NCBI GenBank assembly: GCA_964035545.1
Contig: OZ037765.1
Span: 21,080,995-21,144,994 of the forward strand
DNA length: 64,000 bases
Source of the DNA: Bugula neritina
Lineage: Eukaryota > Animalia > Bryozoa
Direction of reading: 5' to 3'
Part shown: positions 39,819-51,520 of the stretch, piece after piece
How positions within the stretch are numbered: position 1 is the first letter of the stretch
Layout of the letters: each line of letters opens with the position of its first letter
Translations under genes and position numbers: made by a program
The notes under the pieces: model-generated
Told to the model about the DNA's origin: nothing
The model's input: only the letters and a program-made list of their open reading frames with translations
Databases searched by the model: none

Positions 39819-41504
39819 ATGGATATGATAACAGGTAGTAAAGAGTGATTTATATTTATTTTGCTTTTTGCACATTATCTGTGTAATCTGCAAAAACAAT
39901 TAAACTTTTTTATATCAAATGAAATAGTTTTATGCATTAAAAATAAAACTTACAATGAAGCCTTCACATGATGTGTAGGTATTTTATACAATGATATTTA
40001 GGTGCATTTGGAGGTGAAGACGAAGAAGAAACTAACGAAGATGGAGAATTAGTTTCTGTGGTTGAGGCTAGAAAGGAAGCTGAAGAGAAGCGTCGTGAAA
40101 AGCATAGGCAGATGGAGGCAGAGCGAGAAGATATCAGGCAATCAGTTAGAGACAAGGTGTGAAAAATTTGTAGGCCTGCAATAATTCGTTTGTAGAAAAC
40201 AATAGAAAACATCAATCTAATAATCATTAAAGTTAAAATTAAGCAATGCAATATAGTGCTTTATTTATTACAATAGTTGATTATTTACATATTTTTAGTT
40301 AATAGGATTTTCTGTGATTGTTATTTGCATTAAAATAGTAGGAAGTGTGCATTTATAATTGCAATTTTGATGAATATTATAAACAATAACTTTCACTGCT
40401 TGCCTGTACCATCATTGATATTCTAAGTATATTAATTTAAACATAAAGTGTATCCTTATTAACTCTATGTCTATGTTATAAACAAACTCTCAATTAATTT
40501 GATGCATATAGATATAATTTAATTTTACTTTATGATGCACATAAGTTTTTTCATAGAAATGCTAATTTTTTAGGATTTTTGCGCTTTTATAAGTTATGCA
40601 TGTGACAAAAACATACATTCTTGTAATTTTATAATTATATTAAAAAACATATTTTCAATAAACATAGAAAATATATAGCCAACAATTTCACATGCACACA
40701 CTCACACAGCTACACACTCACACCTGCACAGGCATACGCATAAACATACACATATTTATAGTTAGATATAGTTGCTTATATAATTATATACCGCACAATG
40801 CATTAATTTTTATTTAGTACAAAATAAAAAAGAAAGAGCCAGACTTCATGATGGAAACTTCTGGTCAAATTGGCCGTAAGAAGAAAAGTCCAGAAGAATT
40901 AGCAGCGGAGGCCAAAGGTGAAGGAGGAGGAGATGGCGGATCAGGTTAGCCATTTTAAAAAATGCATATTCTACAATTGAACTGCCTGAGTTTTAATGCA
41001 TTCCTGAAGCTAGCTGTTTCATATGAAAAAACTTGCTACCTATCAAATGATGATTGTACAATTTTTATAAGTCTGTGCCATAAATGGATCAAATATTGAT
41101 GTTTCAATTAAAACACTATCACCATAGAAAAGAAAGTTTGATTGAGTTTAATACAATGATAACCATTATTGTTAGAGTTTTATAGCATTAGAAAATTGTA
41201 TTAAAACTGCTATATAATTAATTGAAGAGGCTACTATAAAATCAATAAAACTGCAGATTAATGTTTTAAGCTTTTCACAAACAAGATTCTCAATCATAAA
41301 GCATTTCTAATATTATATATTGCACACTTGATGACTCTTACAGCATCATGTTTTAGTTATATAACTATACTAACTTTACTTTCAAATAGCATGTATTTTC
41401 TATACGCAGCTTTACCAGCAGGACTCTCAGATGTTACTTCAAAGCTTGGAGAAGGGCCTTCAGCTATAGTATCTAGTGTTCAAGAAAAATGCTCTTTAAT
41501 GTGA
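39819..41504 (+). CDS. cpx: Complexin (synaphin). Exons 39819-39834, 40002-40156, 40818-40944, 41410-41504
   Basis: EARKEAEEKRREKHRQMEAEREDIRQSVRDKYKIKKKE (accessory plus central SNARE-binding helix), GRKKKSPEELAAEA, and C-terminal CAAX box CSLM*. Not found as such in the ORF track; first coding exon less certain. Confidence 0.9.
40690..40752. repeat. Degenerate (CA)n microsatellite
   Basis: Directly visible. Confidence 0.6.
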
Positions 41505-42043
41505 TATTTATATATAAAAGAAATTAACAAATTAATAACAATAACAATACCAGTATGATATAGCATGTTGTACTTTGTTTTTACAACCTATTGCTTGGCA
41601 CATACATTGTTTTCTCAATAGTTTACATTATTTTTTATTGTTGTAAATATATAGCACAGTATTCTGAAGAAAAAGGTTTGTTCATTTAAACACAGAAATG
41701 GTCAAAAGGTACCCTAAAATATAAATGTGATGATTGAAACAAATTATGCTATTATTGAATAATTTCAAACAGAGACTTAAAATGCCTACAAAGTTGTCAT
41801 TCACTATGCTAAGCTAAAATATAATTTTTAATTTTGTTGCAACAAGAAAAAAAATTAAATAGTATAAATTTTAGTAAAAATTGTATCCTTTACATTATAA
41901 ATACAATCATTTGGCACCACAAAAATGAAATAACAAAATATACTACTAAACTGTGAATTTATTTTATCATAAAAATTGGCCTAACAAAAATAACAATTTT
42001 GATAAAACCTCGCAATAAAAAAAGATTAAATGCATGTGTGAAA

Positions 42044-44941
42044 CTATGCACAGATTTGACATTCTGGTGGTTCATAAATTATTATAAAGCCTTGTTGAGT
42101 ATCATCACTTAGTTTGTATCGTGACTGTTTAAACAGCAATGAACTAGCTTTTCTAACTTTGTGGATTTGATAGTACAGATTCTCTAAAGATTTAGAAGGT
42201 GGCGTTCTATTTAGCAAGCTGTACAACTCTGAAATATACACCCATTGATATTCTTTAAGATGATGATAATGTTTCTCTGACCCACCACTGTCAGTTACGA
42301 GCTTCTTGTACATTCCATTATACTCCCTCATCATTTCCTGAAAACATCAAATATTTCTAAACATAAAAGGCTGTTGATGATATTCAACAAACACTGCAGT
42401 CTTTATTAATAGAAATTTATAAAAGAAAGCTGAACTAAATTCATGAAATTGGGACAGAAACAAAAAAAATGTAACAAATTATGTAATTAAACTCAGTTTT
42501 TGAAAACAAAATTTTAATAACTGACCATAACCTGCCTTTATCCGAAACATGCGGCAGATAAAAGATGGCAGTTTTTGTTACTCTTAACAAGCATTTTATC
42601 ATGATTTGCTTTCCTAGAATTGACTAGATAATAACAATAACGTACGCTTCGATCTGGCAGCCTAAACTCTCCAGAAATGCAGGCTACAGCAAACTCAGTC
42701 TGAGCATGAAAGTGAGGAAAAGAGGCAATAGCCTGACTTAGACCAACATAGTAGAGAGAAGGGTGATTGATATCAACCATGTGTCTATATAAAGATCTGA
42801 CGTGCCCATTCTGAATAACTGGATGGGATGTCTTGGCCAAAAATGGGAATGAATATCTACAAGCATTACATGAAGTTGCACCAGGCCAAATATTTTGGTC
42901 AAACATGAAGCATTTCAATTTCCTCCATGGATTTACTATGCGGCTTTAAAAACATGTCATACATGCCTGCTACATATTTTTAACAAATATAATTTACTAA
43001 TAAAAGTAAATCTCAACAAATTTATGCTCTCTATACATTAAATGATGGTTAAGGAATAAAGAAATTATTTGACATCTAATTACAGCAATTTATCAGCCCA
43101 ACAAAAAGTAGTACAAATTAAAAATCCATTTGCAATAGCACACACACCTGTAGCCAGTGGCAAGCAGTATGACATCAGAACTAACCATTTTTCCATCACG
43201 AAGAATGATATCTTTACCATCAACTCTCTCAATTCCTGATACCATTTCTACTTTATTGGAAATAACAGGACTTGTTTTCTTGTTATGACTTAAAAATATC
43301 TGAAAAGAGAAAAGAATACAGTATTAAATTCATTACACAAAATAAATGTTATATGCTTCATCACATATACACAATAAACTACCACTGAAACATCTAGTTT
43401 ATCATACAAAATACACAATACAGAGATTTAGACTAAATATTTAAAACTAGTGTGGAAACAACTCCAAATTTATGCTAACCTTGGATGCATCATCTATAAG
43501 ATCGGCAGCGATATCCACACCAGAAGGTCCAGCTCCTAGTATGAGAACAATTTTATTTTTATATGCTGACGGTGACCTATAGTGATGACTGTGCAATACT
43601 TCTCCATCAAATGTATCCAAACCTTGGATACTAGGAAGATCAGGTTCTGTGAAGTGTCTACAATATACTCTCTGTTCTTAAACAAAGTAAAAGAAATCAA
43701 TAACAAAAATAAGCTGCATGTGAAAACACAAATAAGCATCTCACATTATAGCTTATCAAATAACTATTGCATCAGTTTCACTTGGAATATGAAGCACATG
43801 AAAACTTTTTTAAGCACAGAAGGTATGAAAAACAGACCAACAAATGCATGTAAGTAGTGACAGGCAGCATGGCAGTTCGGGTTCATGTCAAAACTACTTG
43901 TTGCAACAGTATTTAATTCGGTGCAAACGAAAACTAAGCTCCTGTTCCCTTTATGAATACATACTAGATAAAAACTACTGCAGCCATTAACATATCAAAA
44001 GGCTAATTTTGCTAATTGTATTGTGTTAAAGGTCTCTTTAATCTATGTGGGGTTTATAGCAACTTTTATCTAAAGTTAAAAAAATTGCAGCTTTACTGGC
44101 AGTTTATACCTATTTTTTTAAATACAATTCTTTGACTTACCCATTGCATATGAGAACATAGTCAAACTGGTGTGTGGTTACCAGACCACTTGTTTCATTT
44201 TTTACAGTGACATTCCACTGGTCATGTTCATTGGATGATTCAGGAGACAATATATCAACTTTAATTACTCTTTCTCTGAACTAAAAAAATCATTAGACAT
44301 GCAAAATGCAGATTATATGCTAGAAATATAAAGATTTGGTATAAAATTATGGCAAAAATACTCAAAATATTGCCAGCATTTATGACAGCTTCACTAAAAA
44401 TAATAACAATGTTGAAAAATTTCCCAGGAAAAATACTGCAGCAGGAAAACATAGTATCAAACCAATTTATATGTATACCCGAATATGTTGCAGCAGATTG
44501 TAATGTTCAGCGAATCTCTGTAAATACTTTAGCACTTCTTTATGGCCTACAAAGGATCTCTCATCATCTGTAGAAAATGGGAAACCTGGATATGCCATGA
44601 CATCAGTGGGTAAATTGGTTCTACAAATAATCTAAAAACCATTTAACTTTTCAACAGCTATAAGGGCAAAACAATAGCGGCAGTTTACCTGCTGAAATAT
44701 GAATGCTTTGTAAAAATAAACTACATGTGTAAGAATATGCAATATAACAGAGTTGCACTTACAATAAACGATCGTACATGCTTGTAGCTTTAAACGGGTC
44801 ATTATGAATCCATGTACCGCCCACACGGTCACTTGTTTCAAAAGCGACAAAATTTAGTAAACAGTTTGGACACTTTGCAAGAGATCTCAATGCTGAGAGA
44901 CCAGCAGCACCGGCTCCTATAACAGCCACTCGTTTTGTCAT
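42044..44941 (-). CDS. Flavin-containing monooxygenase, copy 1. Exons 44941-44763, 44620-44479, 44280-44141, 43657-43480, 43299-43148, 42856-42646, 42337-42044
   Basis: FAD motif VAVIGAGAAGL, GGTW, SMYDRLLTNLP, ICNGH, FMO signature FDGEVLHSHHYR, NADPH motif LGAGPSG, LATGY; intact phases. Confidence 0.93.
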
Positions 44942-46420
44942 CCTGAAACTGAATGATGCCTAGTAATGATTAGCATATATTTTAGAGCAATAATTCTTTT
45001 TCTGTAGTCTTTTTACGGAACTCGGCAAATAGAAATACTACGGATAACTTGAAACTTACTTTGGTTGCATTGTGATTGTATGAAGTTATATCAATATGAA
45101 TATGTACTTCGAAATTGCGCTAGATTATTTAAAAGTTGAACCATCTTAAATTAAATTTGATTTGTCTATTCTTGAAGTATAAATAAACAAATTTATTTGA
45201 CGCTTTCATCTTCATTATACATTCACATTGTGATTCAGATTGTATTATTACAATTATCAATTATGTATTGTCCCTGAGTCAGAGGGCCTGAGAATGATGT
45301 TCGCTATCTACTAGTATTACTATTATGATTATTTTCAAAGATATTCAATTTTAAACTAAAAGTCAAAGGTATACCGTAAGGCGTAACACTGAAAGAAACA
45401 CGTCTACTGTTAATTACTATTACTAATACTAATAGTAATAGTATTAGCAGCGTGATATTATATAGTTATGTAAATACGCCTTTACTTTACCTTTAAAAGT
45501 CGTAGAATTTCCTGTTCATCCTTGACCTAATGCTATGGCTACATTTTAGTGATGGTGTAGGGGACATAATATTCTATCGCTGCAGAAGTTAGGTGGCCTC
45601 TAAGGCTTATTATAATTGTTTCGCAGTCACTGAAATGAAATGTTCCAGTTCATTGATTACAGAATTCATTTCTGATTCATCAATGAATATTTGGGTTTGT
45701 GCCACCTTGCATTTGAAAAATGTTATTAGAGGATAACTCTATAAAATAAAAAATTCCCTCATGAAAATTGTTTTACTATTATTACCCCTAACTATAGCCT
45801 AACTTTTAGATTGAGAACTATAACCTTTTAACATTTGTATCTAAATAATATTGACATGTTATACAGTGCTTTTTAGCATCCTGTTCGGCCTCTGTCACTT
45901 GGCCCAAAAACCAAGCATTACATTAACTGTCTATTTGCAACCGACTTAGTTTTGCTCTACCTGTACTTGTTTGTTAAACTTGATTTGTGTATTTTTAAAA
46001 GAAATAACTTCATCTTTATCATCCTAAATTAATTTTAGAAGAAATGTGAATATACAATATATAAAAAAAAAACAAAGTAGAACAGCTATTTTGATTTTTA
46101 AACATATTAATGATTGATTTATTACACTAGCATCACAACATAGCTATATGTATTTTTAGGAATTTTAAAAATTGAAGTAACATGAGTTAGCTAGTTATAG
46201 TGAATGATAAAATAAACTATGACTATAGCCTAATAAATACTGTCTAAAAGCATATTGTAACTTGTAAACTGCATATAAGTACTTTAAAAAAAATTAACAG
46301 CACCTAAATAACACATTGCAAAAATGCATATTAAAATAAACAATGTAGTTTTATAGCTTATTGGAATAAATTATAAACTTTTTGATGATCACAAAATTAA
46401 AAATTTTAAATAGTATTCAT

Positions 46421-49400
46421 CTATGCAGGGCTCTGGCACTCTGATGGCTCGAAAACCACAACATAGCCTTCATGGCTTTCATCACAGAGTCTATAGCGAG
46501 ACTGTTTGTATAGCAAAGAGTTGGCATGTCTGACTGTATGAACATGATTGTACAGATTCTCTACGACATGGGTTGGCGGTGGTCTATTCAGCAGATGATT
46601 CAACTCGCGAATGTACGTCCATTGATACTCTCTAAGATTATGATAATGCTTCTCCACTTCATTTCTATCTGTTACTAACTTTTGGTACAAGTCATCACAT
46701 TGCTTCTCCATCTCCTATAAACAGATATAAGAGTTTTATATAGAGACTTGATGTTTTGGAGTTTTTTCTTATACTTTGTCATAGGCCTATGCCAGAAACT
46801 ATACTATTGGCAGTAACACACGGTTAGCTACGATTGTCAGCAAGAATGTGATTTATTTTTTCTAGTTGACAGATCAAAGTTTACTAGCAGAATGACCTTT
46901 GCATGTTTCAACAGAAATTCGGTTTCTTTTGATGATAACAGGTTGATATAAAATTTTAGGAGTTAGATAGAGAACATTTACCTTCCGATCCGGTAAACTA
47001 AACTCTCCAGAAATGCAGGCTACAGCAAACTCAGTCTGAGCATGGAAGTGAGGAAAAGGAGCAATAGTCTGATTTAGACCAACATAATAGAGAGAAGGGT
47101 GATTGATATCTACTAGAAGTCTATACAGAGACGCAACTCTGTTACTACGGATGATCGGATGACATCTCTTTGTCATAAATGGAAACGAAAATCTACAACA
47201 GATTACAATGATGAATTACAACAATGATAAGTAGATTTATTCTTTAAAATAACAAGGCTCATATTAGAAAACCAGCCACTCTTTAAATTTACCAGCTTTT
47301 CCTTTAAATTGTTATTAGTTACAGATATCTATGCATACTGTGTCTTACCACCACCACCACCTTCAGTTAAAGATGTGTCAAAGAGAGTGAGTTTTGAAGA
47401 GTTAGGCACCTTACTAACATGATATAACCACTAAAATCACAGGCAAATGAAAATCAATAAAATATATATGAAATAGAGCCTTCTTTCACTAAATTTTGAC
47501 AAACTAAAATACTTCTAGCTAAATTACATATTTAGAAAGTAACTAAATCAAGACAAGATCTAAAACTTTTATTTATTGTGTTTATATTAGATAGCCTCAA
47601 CTGTAATAAATAAATTTTTCAATAAAATACAATTTGTGGTAAATGATACACGTCATATCATTTTAATTCGAATTTCCTCATAAAAAACTGTTTAGTCTGT
47701 TCCATGGCAAAAGAATTTTTGAAATGGCGAAGCAGAAAGCTAATTGACTACCAACAGCACTCAACTCGCAACACACCTGTAGCCAGTGGCAAGCAGTATG
47801 GCATCAGAATTAACTATTTTTCCATCACGGAGAATGATATCTTTACCATCAACTCTCTCAATTCCCGATACCATTTCTACTTTATTGGAAATAACAGGAC
47901 TTGCTTTCTTGTTATGACTTAAATATATCTGAAAAGAGAAAAGAATGCAAATGACAATATTAAACATAAAATAAATGTTATATGCTTCATCACATATACA
48001 ATAAACAACCACTGAAACATCTAGTTTATCACACAAAATACACAATAAAGAGAATTAAACCAAATATTTACAACTGATGTGGAAACAACTCCAAATTTAT
48101 GCTAACCTTGGATGCATCATCTATAAGATCGGCAGCGATATCCACACCGGAAGGTCCAGCTCCTAGTATAAGAACAATCTTATTTTTATATGCTGACGGT
48201 GACCTATAGTAATGACTGTGCAATACTTCTCCATCAAATGTATCCAAACCTTGGATATTAGGAAGATTGGGCTCTGTGTAATGTCTACAATATACTCCCT
48301 GTTGTTGAAATATAATACAAAATACGAAATATTTATACAATTCATTAAAATTAAAATTAGCTAAAATCAGCAAATCTCAAGCTTCTAAAATGGTGTACAA
48401 AACTAAAACTCGAGATTTGGTAGTTATCTAAAAATTGTTTTCCTAAATATTGAACTCAGGGCTTCCAAATTGCATCAACATGGTATTAAAACTTGTATAA
48501 ATATTATTTTGGCTACAAAATAAACTCAATTTACCTGGTCTAATTTATTCTGGAATATACTTTGTGCACATATACTTCAATCAATTTACAACTTTAGACC
48601 ATCTGCTGGTGACATTCTTCAGAAAACAACATTACACAAGTACTACCAAATATTGCTATACTCTTGTTACATTTTAACAGACTTATTTAAAAGTTAAAAA
48701 CACAAAGTTATAGCTAGCTAACTTGTTGTCAACCAATTCTCTTCTCTACTAGACAGACACCATTAGGTTACTCAAGCTGATGAATTACTGGAAGGCAGAA
48801 TACAATTATATAATTATATGTGTTTGTGTAAATTTTGATATTACATAAAAATGTGATTGGGCAGTCCAGTGTAGAAAACTTCAAAGTGGGATAACAATAA
48901 TATCTAGGTGAAGAAAGAAAGAAAGAAATGCCTTCTCACTTTAAGGGGGAACCTACTGCAGGCTTACTATATAATAATAATTTCAGCTTAAATAAAAACA
49001 AATATAAAAACATCATGATAACAATAATTGTACCCATTGCATATGAGAACATAGTCAAACTGGTGTGTGGTTACCAGACCACTTGTTTCATTTCTTACAG
49101 TGACATTCCACTGGTCATGTTCATTAGATGATTCAGGAGACAATATATCAACTTCAATTACTCTTTCTCTGAACTAAAAAAACAATAGACATACAAAATG
49201 CAGATTATATAATGATTATACGCTGGAAATATAAAGATTTGGTATAAAATGATGGCAAAAATACTCAAAATATTGCAACTTGTATTTATGACAGCTTCAC
49301 AAAAATAATGATAAGGTCAAATTTCTCAGAGAAAATACTGCCACTGCAAAATGACGTATTAAACCAATTTATATGCATACCCGGATATGTTGCAGCAGAT

Positions 49401-50118
49401 TGTAATGTTCAGCGAATCTCTGTAAATACTTCAGTACCTCTTTATGGCCTACAAAAGATCTCTCATCATCTGTAGAAAATGGGAAACCTGGATATGCCAT
49501 GACATCAGTGGGTAAATTGGTTCTGCAAATAATCAGAAAACCATTTAACTTTTAAACAGTTACATATTATAAGGGCAACACAACAGCAGCAATTTACTTG
49601 TTAACAGCTCAGACACATTTTGCCATAATGTCGATCGTAATGGCAAATGTCAGCCACTTTTAAAAAATGTCCGAGCTGACCATACGAGGTTATTGTACGT
49701 CGAGGATCAAAAACTGCTTGATACGTAGGGCTCCTATTGGACAGGGAGACGTTCGCATCAACCCATTGGATATAAATGTCCAATGAGGTGTCATAAATCT
49801 TACACAATACCGGACTTTGAGAACTTCAGCCCAGACATTCTAAAAATGACTGATATTTGACGTTATGGTCGACGCTACGGCAAAGTGTGTCTGGGCTGTA
49901 AAATAAATAAAAAGGAAATATGATAAGAGCTACACTTACACTAAACGATCGTACATGCTTGTAGCTTTAAAAGGGTCATTATGAATCCATGTACCACCAA
50001 CACGATCACTTGTTTCAAAAGCGACAAAATTTAGTAAATGATTCTGACACTTTGTGAGCGACCTCAACGCTGACAGACCAGCAGCGCCAGCTCCTATTAC
50101 AGCCACTCGTTTCATCAT
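46421..50118 (-). CDS. Flavin-containing monooxygenase, copy 2. Exons 50118-49940, 49522-49381, 49173-49034, 48284-48107, 47928-47777, 47192-46982, 46714-46421
   Basis: Same motifs and identical exon lengths (179/142/140/178/152/211/294) as copy 1. Confidence 0.93.
49605..49898. mobile_element. MITE with ~75-bp imperfect TIRs in the first coding intron of FMO copy 2
   Basis: CAGCTCAGACACATTTTGCCATAATGTCGA... vs reverse-complement CAGCCCAGACACACTTTGCCGTAGCGTCGA...; absent from the homologous intron of FMO copy 1. Confidence 0.8.
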
Positions 50119-50839
50119 CCTAAAGTCAATTAACTCTAACAACAGACAAGAAAATTGTTTTAGATTTTTCTACATGTTTAAAGAGTACTAGATACAGAAT
50201 GACTAATATATTAACATAGATGAAGTTTTATAAAAGCTTTACAAGTGTCACCTGTTGTTAATAGATATAACAGGACTAATTAGGAGTGAATCTTTGTTAC
50301 TAAACATGCCTCTACTAAAACATTGAGATTTGTGATGCTCAGCAAAATATATGACTACAAATAGTAATAAATTAAATTAATAGTGAGTTTTATCATCACA
50401 GCTTTGAAGTTTTTTTAGTTCATTGGCTGCTCTTTTTCTTTGTATTTACTAAAATGAAACATGAACAGAGAGGGCTTGGTACCATTAAATAAAAATTTGT
50501 TGAAGAGTTATCTTTTCTTTTTACTGCAGGATGTTTTCTGGAGCTAGAATTAAAACTAACAATACAAATCAGCAATTAAATTACTGATTAGTGCCATTGC
50601 TTAGAACTTGTAAATCCCTGCAAGTTGTAAGCAAATTCATATTACATAGTCCAATTGCTTAAATTAGATTTTATTGCCTTGATTTATTGTCATGATTAGA
50701 TTTGGCCAGCCATTAATTTGAGTTGACTTGACAGGATTTAACTTTAACTCAGCGTTATTAATCAGCAATGTTACATTGAAAAATATTGATGTCTGAGACT
50801 GATGCGGATCAATATCCTATCAGTATCGGCCATGACGAT

Positions 50840-51520
50840 TATAATGAAACTGAAACAATTAAACACTATACACTAATACAGTAATAATGCTATTAGTTAA
50901 CCTATAATTATTGCATTAAAATAATAATTTGAAGTTACAGATGTAATAATTGAAACTTGAAGTAAAATCCAAGTTCATCTTGAAACTCGAAATTACTGTT
51001 GGACCTTGCCACTGAGGCTAGCCTTAGGCTTGGCTGATCGTTTTCCAAACACTGAATTTGAATATTTTATTTTCATTTCAGTAGTTCCACCTCCAGTTCG
51101 TTCGTCTTCGAACTTGCCAGTAGCTGTGCATCAATTAAAGCAGCTCAAGTGTCAAACCTTTACCTTACATCTGAGTTTAACTGCTTATACATTAGCGGCT
51201 TGACCATTAGCATAATAATTATAGCTTATTGTAAAGTAATTACTTAATTTTACAAATGAGTAAAATGATGGCGACGAGTTCACCTAAAGACTAAAGTAAA
51301 ACTAAAAGTAAAAGTAATACGAATACTTAAACTTATACTCGACTTATAGTTATAGTAAATGTATCAACTATAAGTTATACTATAAGCATAAGTATAATCA
51401 CTACTATAAGTAATAGTATAAACTATAAGCAAAATTAAAATTAGAATGAAAATGAAAAGGCTAACAGTATCACTATCAGTATGAGATTCAGATTGAGTAA
51501 CACGAACAGTAACACGCCCA
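50840..51520. repeat. 'Drifting hexamer' tract upstream of FMO copy 2
   Basis: e.g. ACTAAA GTAAAA CTAAAA GTAAAA; CTATAA GTTATA CTATAA GCATAA GTATAA. Confidence 0.7.

Noticed and set aside
39964-40251. 95-aa ORF on -
   Set aside because: Antisense shadow of complexin exon 40002-40156.
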